A program made the translations under genes and the position numbers. Shown here one piece after another: positions 37,190 to 45,771 of a stretch of 64,000 nt of DNA. The notes beneath the pieces are model-generated. The model was not told the DNA's origin and did no database searches. It worked only from the letters and a program-made list of their open reading frames with translations. The DNA comes from Nanobdellota archaeon. GTDB lineage: Archaea > Aenigmatarchaeota > Aenigmatarchaeia > QMZP01. The DNA lies in the NCBI GenBank assembly GCA_043814765.1, contig JBDRJQ010000028.1, positions 34,055 through 98,054 of the forward strand. The letters are read 5' to 3'. Each line of letters begins with the position of its first letter. Within the stretch, counting starts at the first letter, position 1.

Positions 37190-38630
37190 ATCACAATAAG
37201 TATCATAATCTCAATTCACTAATTTGACTTGCAAAGTCCTTCGCATTAGCTCAACACTAACGCGTCGAATTTAAAAAGAATGTTTTCCCATTAGCATCTC
37301 GCTAGTGGATAGGATATGCAACATTTCATAAGTGTTGGGTATCCTTTTTCTTGACGACTTCTCAGCGTTAAGCTGATCAGCAGCTAGAAATAGCTGCTAT
37401 TTTTTTGACGACTACCGATTTCTAGAAGACCGTCCAACATGAATTCTACGCACAGCACTCTACAAATTCAGGGTGCAGGTGTATGAGAGACAGTCTATAT
37501 GACTAGGCTTGAAATAGGTCTCTCGCTGAATGCAACTCTTTGATGGTAATTCTAGATAACCTGATAGGAGGAGAGACCTGTTTTTGAAAGTAAGCGTCAG
37601 TTTCTGTAACGGATTCTGACGATGGTTATAAAAACAGGGCTTTCACTTCGGTGTTAGCCCTACGAAAACAATCAGCAGCTTGTCTGCGCTTTCATTTAGC
37701 GGTTTCAAGTTCGGAAATCAACATCCGAACCGTTAAGATGTCACAGGTGCGCTTACATATTAGCGCGCCTGTTTTTTGAGAATACGGAACTTGGGGAAAC
37801 CCTGGATCCTTTTCTACCAAGAGGAAGAGAGCCACAATTGAAGATTCGGCCTTACTAAAAGCTGGGCCAACCCCTTCATAAAGGATTGAACCTCTTGGTT
37901 TTTTGAAAACAATGCAAAGCCGGATCATAAAAACTGTCCAATGATCCGGCAGCTTAAATAATGGACAGGCAAGATCCACAATACATTCGAATCGCGGTTC
38001 AAACCACAATTTCGGTTTCGGGCGCTTGTAATCACAGCACGACAGAAGAGTTCTTATTTAATGAACTCACATCGTTTCTCCACTCATCTGCAAGTAATTC
38101 TTCGTCCTGCAGCAGTCTCCTTCCACCTTTCCTTCCGTAACGCCTCCACCGATTCTAGTTTACGGCACAATATCTTCTGGCACAGTATCTTCTGGGATTG
38201 TATAAAACGAAGTAACAATTTCCCAGATTGATACAAATTTAAACGCGTCTCTCTTCCCCCCGTAAAAAGGGAAAGTGCCCGACTCCTTCCGCGACTCGGG
38301 CACTTTTTTTTGTCCAGCTCATGACTACCGAAAGCAAGGATCGATGATTTAAACATTTACCTGAAACAGCGTGTAATCGGCACGCATACTCCAGGAATCA
38401 ACAGATAGATGAGGAGGCCCGAAAAACAAATTAATAATCGCACGAAAGTTGTATTGGTTTTTCAAAAACCTATTCGGTAAAATCATTGCACAGCCAACAA
38501 GCGGTGCAAAATTAACTCAAAAAAGAGAACGGCACTTTGAGGTAAATGAGACATTATTGAATTTAAGCGACACCGAAAAGAGCCAATCTTAAACGCAGAA
38601 GCGATGATCAAACCATCCTTCTGCTTCTTT
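37190..38630 (+). ncRNA. putative large structured non-coding RNA or tandem sRNA array (boundaries approximate)
   Basis: No credible ORF; more than 20 stems, mostly with plus-strand G-U pairs, cUUCGg and GAAA tetraloops, a pseudoknot; TTTAAATA near 37160. Confidence 0.65.
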
Positions 38631-38690
38631 ACATATATCTACTAAAAGGGATATAAGCAATAATCTGCAAACATGCTTCAAACAAAAAAA

Positions 38691-38996
38691 TTACTTCTTT
38701 TTGATGTACTTCTTGAACCATTTAAGAATTGTCCAGCGAGAAACCTTGATCCCGTGCCTGTGTTTCATCTCCTGCTGCACCTCGGACAGAGAGAGGCCTT
38801 TACTGTAGAGAGCTACAGCTTTCATTATTGTATCTTTTTTGAACCTCATCCGCAGGAAATTGTCGTTTGGGGTATACTTGCGTCCGCACTTTTTACAGAG
38901 CCGAAGGTGCTTTTTAGTTGACTCGTTATACCTAAAACCTCTCCACACAGTGTTTGTGCTCTGGCAATGCGCACATCTCTCAATTTTATCTTTCAT
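38691..38996 (-). CDS. InsA/IS1- or IS6-N-terminus-like zinc ribbon + HTH protein, no transposase domain
   Basis: CAHC...G....CKKCGRKYT, then LYSKGLSLSEV...HGIKVSRWTILKW; TATA about 25 nt upstream. Confidence 0.75.
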   Translation of the reverse strand: MKDKIERCAHCQSTNTVWRGFRYNESTKKHLRLCKKCGRKYTPNDNFLRMRFKKDTIMKAVALYSKGLSLSEVQQEMKHRHGIKVSRWTILKWFKKYIKKK

Positions 38997-39034
38997 ACTT
39001 AATTAAACTTATAGGGATATATAAAGCTTTCTCT

Positions 39035-40741
39035 CTACATCTTCTCAGGTGCCTCTATACCCAACAGAAATAAAGCGTTCTTAATGGTAATTTTTGCTGC
39101 TTTGACCAGAGCCAAACGCACTTCAGCAGTATTTTTGTCAGCTTTCAGTACGGGAAGCGCCTGATAAAACTCGTTAAAGGCTGATGCCAGCTCATAGACA
39201 TAGTTCACTATGTAATGGGGTCTGTAGTCCCTTGCAGAATTCTCAATTGTCTGGGAAAAGTTAGAAATTATTTTTATAAGCCTTTTTTCCTTGTCGTCAA
39301 CTAATAGGGATGCATCAAATTCTATTGGTTTTGTTTTTGCCTTTCTCAAAATAGAAGATGCCCTGGCATAAGTGTACTGCACATAAGGCGCACTGTTGCC
39401 CTGAAAATCCAGTGCCTGATCCCAGTCAAATATTATAACCTTTTCAGGTGACTGCATTATCATGCTGTACTTTATTGCGCCCATTGCAACCTGCTCAGCT
39501 ATTTTCTTGTGTTCTGCTGCAGAAAGAGCTGGGTTCTTTTCTTTAGTTGCTTGCAGCGCTATAGCGTACAGCTTTGACTTAAGCTCATGGTAAAGTATAA
39601 CTTTTCCTTCTCTGGACTTCATCTTGCCTGTAGGAAGGTTAACCAGTTCGTAGGATAAATGGCATTCTTTTTTAGCAATCGGATCGCTAATAATCTCCAG
39701 TGTTTTAAAAAACTGCTGAAAGTAAAGTTTTTGCTCAGAACCGACGACATGAATTATCAAATCTGGATTGTATTCTTTGTTTTGAAGCCTTGCCAGAGCA
39801 AATTCTTTTGTTGAATAAAGGGCTATTCCATCCTTTCTCAGCACTAAGAATATGCCCAGACCGTATTCTTTAAGATCTATTATCAAAGCACCATCGCTTA
39901 TTTTGAATACCCCCTTTTTATGCAAATCCTCTACTATTTTTCTTCCTGGTGCTTCAACTTCTGATTCCATGTAAAGCCTGTCAAACTTTGCTCCAAAATC
40001 CTTGTAAATATCATCAAAATAATCAAGGCTCCATTTCCTTCCTGTTTTCCATATAGAAACCAGTTCTTTATCGCCAGCGTACAGTTTTTTATTTATCTCA
40101 TCAATCTCTTCAGTGACTTTTTGATTTAGGCTTGCCTTTTCACTGGATTCTTTGTAAACATCGCCAAGCCACAAACCTTTATGAACATTTTTTGGTGGTT
40201 TCTTTTTATAGATATTTATCAAACCCCACAGAGCTTTTGCTACATGCGGGCCTATATCACCTTGATAATTTGCCCTCACTGTTTTATGGCCTGAAAACTC
40301 CAGGACACGCGACAGGGATTCACCAAGGGCTATGTTTCTAACATGACCTATATGAAATCCTTTGAATGGGTTTGGATGGGCATACTCCACCATTATTGTC
40401 TTTCCTTTACCGTCAACAGAACTTCCATATTCTTTTCCTTCCCTTAACACATCTTTCAGAACCATATCGCTGAATTTTTCTGAGTCAGCATAGAAGTTTA
40501 TGTAAGGGCCAACAGCTCTTACCTCGCGCAACAGACCTTTTGGTTTTACTTTGGATGCGATCTGTCTTGCTATGTCTGCTGGACTTTTCTTGAATTTTTT
40601 TGCAAAAGCAAAACATGGTAACGCAAAGTCTGCACCGATGTTTTCAGGTGGCTTTTCTAAAAATTCTTCTATCTGTTTTTTTGGAAGATGTTTTTTCAAA
40701 AGCATTGTAACTTCGTCACGGATTTTTTTGTTAACATCCAT
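39035..40741 (-). CDS. argS: arginine--tRNA ligase
   Basis: PNPFKGFHIGH (HIGH), KMKSREG, GNSAPYVQYTYARA, LGIEAPEKM. Confidence 0.97.
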   Translation of the reverse strand: MDVNKKIRDEVTMLLKKHLPKKQIEEFLEKPPENIGADFALPCFAFAKKFKKSPADIARQIASKVKPKGLLREVRAVGPYINFYADSEKFSDMVLKDVLREGKEYGSSVDGKGKTIMVEYAHPNPFKGFHIGHVRNIALGESLSRVLEFSGHKTVRANYQGDIGPHVAKALWGLINIYKKKPPKNVHKGLWLGDVYKESSEKASLNQKVTEEIDEINKKLYAGDKELVSIWKTGRKWSLDYFDDIYKDFGAKFDRLYMESEVEAPGRKIVEDLHKKGVFKISDGALIIDLKEYGLGIFLVLRKDGIALYSTKEFALARLQNKEYNPDLIIHVVGSEQKLYFQQFFKTLEIISDPIAKKECHLSYELVNLPTGKMKSREGKVILYHELKSKLYAIALQATKEKNPALSAAEHKKIAEQVAMGAIKYSMIMQSPEKVIIFDWDQALDFQGNSAPYVQYTYARASSILRKAKTKPIEFDASLLVDDKEKRLIKIISNFSQTIENSARDYRPHYIVNYVYELASAFNEFYQALPVLKADKNTAEVRLALVKAAKITIKNALFLLGIEAPEKM

Positions 40742-40771
40742 AATATTATTTTGTTTGTATATCTATAAGTT

Positions 40772-40960
40772 TCAACTCCCTTGCTTGTGCACGGCATACA
40801 ATTCTGCGAGAACATCTGGAAACTCCCCTGTCTTACTCCAGGAATCGACGAACTTCATGTTGACAGGATTGTGCATGATTTCCCCAGGCTCCGTTTCGCC
40901 ACTCAACACGAATATTTCATTTATGTTCTTTTAGAATCCCCTTGAAATAGATTCAATCAT
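40772..40960 (-). pseudogene. gene remnant at the edge of the secreted-enzyme block
   Basis: MIESISRGF*KNINEIFVLSGETEPGEIMHNPVNMKFVDSWSKTGEFPDVLAELYAVHKQGS, protein-like with an in-frame stop. Confidence 0.35.
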
Positions 40961-40977
40961 ATTAATCCAGAAGATTC

Positions 40978-43900
40978 TCACAACCCCGACAGGTCCGCCT
41001 TCCAGACGCCGTATTCTGTGAGACCGAAAATTAAATATTTATTGTCTGGGGTGAGTGCCAGGTTGTCTGCGACATTGTCCCTTACCTGGTTGTCTACTAT
41101 CAGCTCTTTGCCTGGCAGGCCACTGTTTATGATTTTCCAGCTGGCTCCGGCGTCCCTGCTTATGTAAACACCCACGTTGGTGCTTAAAAACAGTATGTTA
41201 TGGTTTGGCGGATAAATCAGAAGCGTGTAGAATTCGCTTCCGCTATAAAGGCCGTTCATAATCCTGAACCAGTTCTCTCCGCCGTCTATTGTTTTCATCA
41301 CAATACCGCAAAAAGTGTCTTTGTTTCTCTCACAGAAGCCCATGTTCTGCCCGTTCTTAGTTGAGGTATACATTATGCTTGGATTGTCGCTGTCGATTGC
41401 GATTGTGTAAGGCCACTGCTCAGGAGGCATGCCATTGCTTATCATCTCCCACGTTCTTCCTTTATTCAGTGATTTCACAACCCCGTTGTATGTTCCTGCA
41501 AATAATATGCTGTGATTATGGGGGTGCATGCTCAAAGAAAACATGCCATCATTTCCCAGTTTCAGGCTTGAATCCTCCCATGTATGCCCATTGTCCTCGC
41601 TTATGAAAAACCCGCTTGGGAAATGACCATAATAAATCTTTCCAGGGACATCAGGGTCAAACAGTATTGAGCTGAACTGATACATCCTTCTTTCCCACGG
41701 GCTCCACCATCCGCCGCCAAATATGCCCTTTCCAAGACTCTGCCAGCTTTTGCTTGCAGAATTGAATTTATATATCCCGTATCCAGCAGTTCCTGCGTAA
41801 ATATCAGCACCTGTTAAGCCTATTGTTATGACAATATCATCCACATGAATCTCCCCTTCTAGTGATTCAAAAGCAATCCCTCCGTTCAATAGCGACTCGG
41901 TATCAGTATAATCTATCTTCAAATCATCATCAACATAAACCTTAACGTTGTTTCCATTGCCGACAATTTTAATGTCATACCACCTGTCTCTGCTAAATGC
42001 CATGTCTTTATTTATCAGGTTCGTATGAACGCTATTATAAGTTCGCATCAGGTATAAGCTCCCACTGTTTAGACCTATAGCATACCTATCACTACCACTA
42101 ACGCGGTAATTAATATGAACCGAGCCTTTGATTAACTTTACCCTACTCTCGAAAGTGTAATCAGTCCAGCTCTCTGAACCACCACTAATCCAGTTATGGT
42201 CAATGCCCTGCAAGACATAGTTGCCGCCTTCCTGGATGACAGACCATCCAGTGTCTGACTTCCATCCGTCTGCGTTCCCGTCCTCAAAATCATCTCCAAG
42301 GGGCGGTCCTTCTATGTTTACAACCTTTAGCGATCTTATATCAAGGGTTTTTAGTCCGTCATTCATTTCAGTCCAACTTTCTCCATCATCACGGGTCACG
42401 AACACGCCTTCTTGAGTTCCTACATAAACTGTTTCCGAGTCTTTAGGATCAACAACAACAGCAGTTATAGGTTTCCTGAGCAACTCATTCTCATTTCCGT
42501 TGGCAAACATGCTCACACTCATATACTCGTGAGATCTGTACATTCCCTTTCCGTATGCGCCCATCCAAACGTCTGCCGGATTGTTTGGGTCTATAGCAAA
42601 ACTGTAGTATCCCTGTGTAATTGGATCATCCACAATAATGCTCGGCTGAGCGGTGTTTCTCTCATACCAAGTTTCTCCTCTATCATCACTTCGGAACATC
42701 CCTCCTGGATAAGCAGTTGCATAAATTCGATTAGAATTTGTTGGATCAATTTCAACCTGAATTCTGGAAATGTATGTTTTTGGTTTGTTGCTTCTGGAAT
42801 TGTCCCAAGTAATTGAATAATCGTCATTGACAATCCCTGCATAAACCCCGCTTGCCCCTACAGCTGCGTAAACATAACCATCTTCAGCTATAAGCGCAGC
42901 TGTGCCCAAACTTGGCAAACCCTCATTCTCCTGTTTCCAAGTTTCGCCACCATCACTGCTAACAAAAATACCCTGAGTGCTTGAGGCTACATACAAAAGA
43001 TTCGGGTTCTGCGGATCAATCTCAACTGCCATAGTCGCGTGTTCGGTTTCGAGCATACGGGTCCAGGTTTCTCCGCCGTCTGTTGATTTGTAGGCTCCGC
43101 ATGCATCCTGCTCTATGTTTTTAGGCAGTCCGGTAGGTTCAATTATATACTCAGGCAGCAATTCGCACAACCCTGCAGCATACAGGGTGTTGCTATTGGA
43201 ATAATCCACATCAATATCGTAGTACCCAAGCCTTGGAAGGCCTCCTTCCTTGTCATCCAGTCTCTCCCAGGTTTCTCCGCCATCAACACTCTTGAAAACT
43301 CCATATCCGTGCTTTGAAACATAAATTGTATTTGGATTGTTTGGATCAACCTCCATTTCAACCGTAGATTCAGCTACGCCTTCATCATTACCTGGCAGGT
43401 TTTCGTTCAGATCTGCTACCATCTCACCATTTATAATCTTTAGTAGTGAACCAGCCGCAACACAGAACGGACGCCCGAAAGTAGCTGCATAAATCGTATC
43501 TGGGTTGTTTGGATCAATTGCTACAGCGCTTGTCAGGACATTAGTTCTATCAAATTCATAATATTCTTCCCAAGTAAGCCCGCTGTCTTCGGATTTGTGT
43601 ATAACTGGTTTAAGTCTGTCACATGCGTAAATAATGTCTGGATTTTTTTCAGAAATCGCCAAGCATGTCGGAGACTCAGGTGCGTTATCAAGCTTCACCC
43701 AATTACTTCCTCCGTCAATAGTCTTATAAGTCCCTCCGCCCCAGGTGCCTGCATAAACTATGTCTTTATCCCTTGGATCAATCTGAAGCTGTGAATGACG
43801 CATAATGGTTGCAAATGTTAGCTCATCGTTAAGTTTACTCCAGGTTTCTCCTTTATTATTGCTCACATAGATGGTTCCTTCCTCTCCGATTACTCCTGCG

Positions 43901-45750
43901 TACATTCTGTCCGGGTTTAGCGGGTCAAACCTGAGCGATGTTATTCCTCTGGAATTCTCAACCCTGAATATCTCGCTCCAGACGTTTTGGTTTTTGGAAT
44001 ATCTCCAAATAGATGAATGGTTCTCAAATATCTTTGGCGAATACGTGGCATAGATAAAATTGCTGTTCTCTGGATCGATCTCAATATCATAAGTATAATC
44101 AGGGGAATATGTGAGATACCGCCAGCCCCCTTGCGAAGAGGCCTCTGAAATGCCGACACCTATATTGGACGCGTAGATTGTGCCGGAGTCTTTTGCTATC
44201 TCAAAATCAAAAATCTTTGCAGATGAAAAATCCTGAGCGATTTGTGTGAAAGTTCTCCCTCCATCATATGATTCGTATAAGTCGGTCAGTTCATCAGCCA
44301 GCAGGATGTGGTCTGAGTTGTGCGGGTCAATCTTTACATCGTCTCCGGCAGCGACTGGCGTGAATGGTTCCCAAGTATTTCCAAAATCCCTTGTGACATA
44401 TGATTCCTGAATAACATTTCCTGAGGTGAACACAACATTCGGGTCTGTTGGGTGGGTCATGACAATGGTGGGGGATGTCCCTATAATATCACTGTCCATC
44501 TTTTTCCATGTTTTCATGCCATCCTCTGACTTAACCATTCCCAGAGCCCATATAGAGCCGGTCTTGCCGTAAGCTATGTTTGGGTTTTCATAATCAATCA
44601 AGAGTGCATCCAAGTTAAAGCCCACTTTTTCAAATACCTTGAGTCTTGGTTCATTGATTCGTTCATAACTAGAGCCATCTATCTTAAGTATTGGAATGCC
44701 ACCATAAGGATTCAGAAGATAATAAGCTGAGCCTGAAATAACAACATCTTCTACTCCATTGGATTCTAAAGTCAGATCTGTCACAGGGTTCCATGTTTTT
44801 CCTCCGTCATAGGATTCTCTTAAGAGCTCAGATATCGGGGAAAACCCCTCATGCACGATGTTGTATCTGAATGGTATCACTATGTGTTGAGGATTGTCTG
44901 GGTTCTGAACAATCTTTGAAATAATAACACCGTCAGGTGTGTCAAAATCAATCGTGGACCATGTCCCACCAAGGTCTTCTGAAACGTACAAATAATTTTT
45001 TGAGAGTTCCCCTCTGCCACCTTTCATTACATTGATAGCTACCAAGATTCTATTTCCAAGCGCAATAATATTTCGAATTCCTATATCCTTATCATTTGTC
45101 GACAGTACTAAATCTTTCCAGTCAAAATTTCCCGAGGCCTCCCAAGAAGCTAGGTCAGCATACGATATTTCACCACCACCCATCTTTCCGTCACCAGAAA
45201 TTATGAAAAGTTTATTGTCACTAACAAAGGGCTTTCCAAAATACCTGTCTGATATTTTTACAGGGTTTCTATTATTGTCATAGTAATAAAGACCATCATC
45301 ACAAATAAAAAATAATTTATCCTTGAAAAGTGCCATTGAATGAACACTGCCTATGATATCCTGTCCCTGCATTAGCTGCCAGCTTTCGCCTTTATCTACA
45401 GACTTCCGTATACCTTCAATAGTTATTACATACAATTCATGCGGCGGGAGGGGATTTTGTATCAATTGTTTTATACGCCCTCCTGGCGGGCCATTCATGG
45501 ATACCCATGAAATGCTTGAATCAGCTTCCGGGTGGTACTGGACTTCTTCTCCCCCAAGTTTTTCCTGGACGCATGCATTATTTTTGCACGCATAACCAAC
45601 AGGGCAGATTTTAGTTTGATACTGTTTATCATCAACACAGCATTCGTATGGGCAGTATCCATCCACAAGTGGACTTTCTTCTGTAACGCATCCGCTGATA
45701 AGAACAATTCCTATAATCAATAATCCAATCAAAATTTTTGATTTCATCAT
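40978..45750 (-). CDS. large lipoprotein with Asp-box (BNR/VPS10-like) beta-propellers and a DUF1080/ConA-like domain
   Basis: LISGC lipobox; many S.D.G.TW repeats; DDFEDGNADGW...WTDYTFE...HVDDIVI. Confidence 0.85.
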   Translation of the reverse strand: MMKSKILIGLLIIGIVLISGCVTEESPLVDGYCPYECCVDDKQYQTKICPVGYACKNNACVQEKLGGEEVQYHPEADSSISWVSMNGPPGGRIKQLIQNPLPPHELYVITIEGIRKSVDKGESWQLMQGQDIIGSVHSMALFKDKLFFICDDGLYYYDNNRNPVKISDRYFGKPFVSDNKLFIISGDGKMGGGEISYADLASWEASGNFDWKDLVLSTNDKDIGIRNIIALGNRILVAINVMKGGRGELSKNYLYVSEDLGGTWSTIDFDTPDGVIISKIVQNPDNPQHIVIPFRYNIVHEGFSPISELLRESYDGGKTWNPVTDLTLESNGVEDVVISGSAYYLLNPYGGIPILKIDGSSYERINEPRLKVFEKVGFNLDALLIDYENPNIAYGKTGSIWALGMVKSEDGMKTWKKMDSDIIGTSPTIVMTHPTDPNVVFTSGNVIQESYVTRDFGNTWEPFTPVAAGDDVKIDPHNSDHILLADELTDLYESYDGGRTFTQIAQDFSSAKIFDFEIAKDSGTIYASNIGVGISEASSQGGWRYLTYSPDYTYDIEIDPENSNFIYATYSPKIFENHSSIWRYSKNQNVWSEIFRVENSRGITSLRFDPLNPDRMYAGVIGEEGTIYVSNNKGETWSKLNDELTFATIMRHSQLQIDPRDKDIVYAGTWGGGTYKTIDGGSNWVKLDNAPESPTCLAISEKNPDIIYACDRLKPVIHKSEDSGLTWEEYYEFDRTNVLTSAVAIDPNNPDTIYAATFGRPFCVAAGSLLKIINGEMVADLNENLPGNDEGVAESTVEMEVDPNNPNTIYVSKHGYGVFKSVDGGETWERLDDKEGGLPRLGYYDIDVDYSNSNTLYAAGLCELLPEYIIEPTGLPKNIEQDACGAYKSTDGGETWTRMLETEHATMAVEIDPQNPNLLYVASSTQGIFVSSDGGETWKQENEGLPSLGTAALIAEDGYVYAAVGASGVYAGIVNDDYSITWDNSRSNKPKTYISRIQVEIDPTNSNRIYATAYPGGMFRSDDRGETWYERNTAQPSIIVDDPITQGYYSFAIDPNNPADVWMGAYGKGMYRSHEYMSVSMFANGNENELLRKPITAVVVDPKDSETVYVGTQEGVFVTRDDGESWTEMNDGLKTLDIRSLKVVNIEGPPLGDDFEDGNADGWKSDTGWSVIQEGGNYVLQGIDHNWISGGSESWTDYTFESRVKLIKGSVHINYRVSGSDRYAIGLNSGSLYLMRTYNSVHTNLINKDMAFSRDRWYDIKIVGNGNNVKVYVDDDLKIDYTDTESLLNGGIAFESLEGEIHVDDIVITIGLTGADIYAGTAGYGIYKFNSASKSWQSLGKGIFGGGWWSPWERRMYQFSSILFDPDVPGKIYYGHFPSGFFISEDNGHTWEDSSLKLGNDGMFSLSMHPHNHSILFAGTYNGVVKSLNKGRTWEMISNGMPPEQWPYTIAIDSDNPSIMYTSTKNGQNMGFCERNKDTFCGIVMKTIDGGENWFRIMNGLYSGSEFYTLLIYPPNHNILFLSTNVGVYISRDAGASWKIINSGLPGKELIVDNQVRDNVADNLALTPDNKYLIFGLTEYGVWKADLSGL

Positions 45751-45771
45751 AATTCATCCACAAATATAAGA

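Noticed and set aside
37616..37668. Hammerhead ribozyme (CTGACGA...GAAA)
   Set aside because: The stem II closing pair does not form and stems I/III are not evident
37816..38285. RNase P RNA (GAGGAAG..., GGAAAGTGCC)
   Set aside because: The P4 consensus GAGGAAAGUCC, the ACAGAAA continuation and the 3' conserved region are not found
37692..38356. ORFs 37692..38009 and 38084..38356 as proteins
   Set aside because: No recognisable motifs or typical composition, and they run antisense through strong hairpins; very short peptides cannot be excluded
37190..38630. CRISPR array, group I/II intron or retron/DGR RNA
   Set aside because: No regularly spaced sequence repeats, no domain V or P7 consensus seen, and no cas or reverse transcriptase gene in the window
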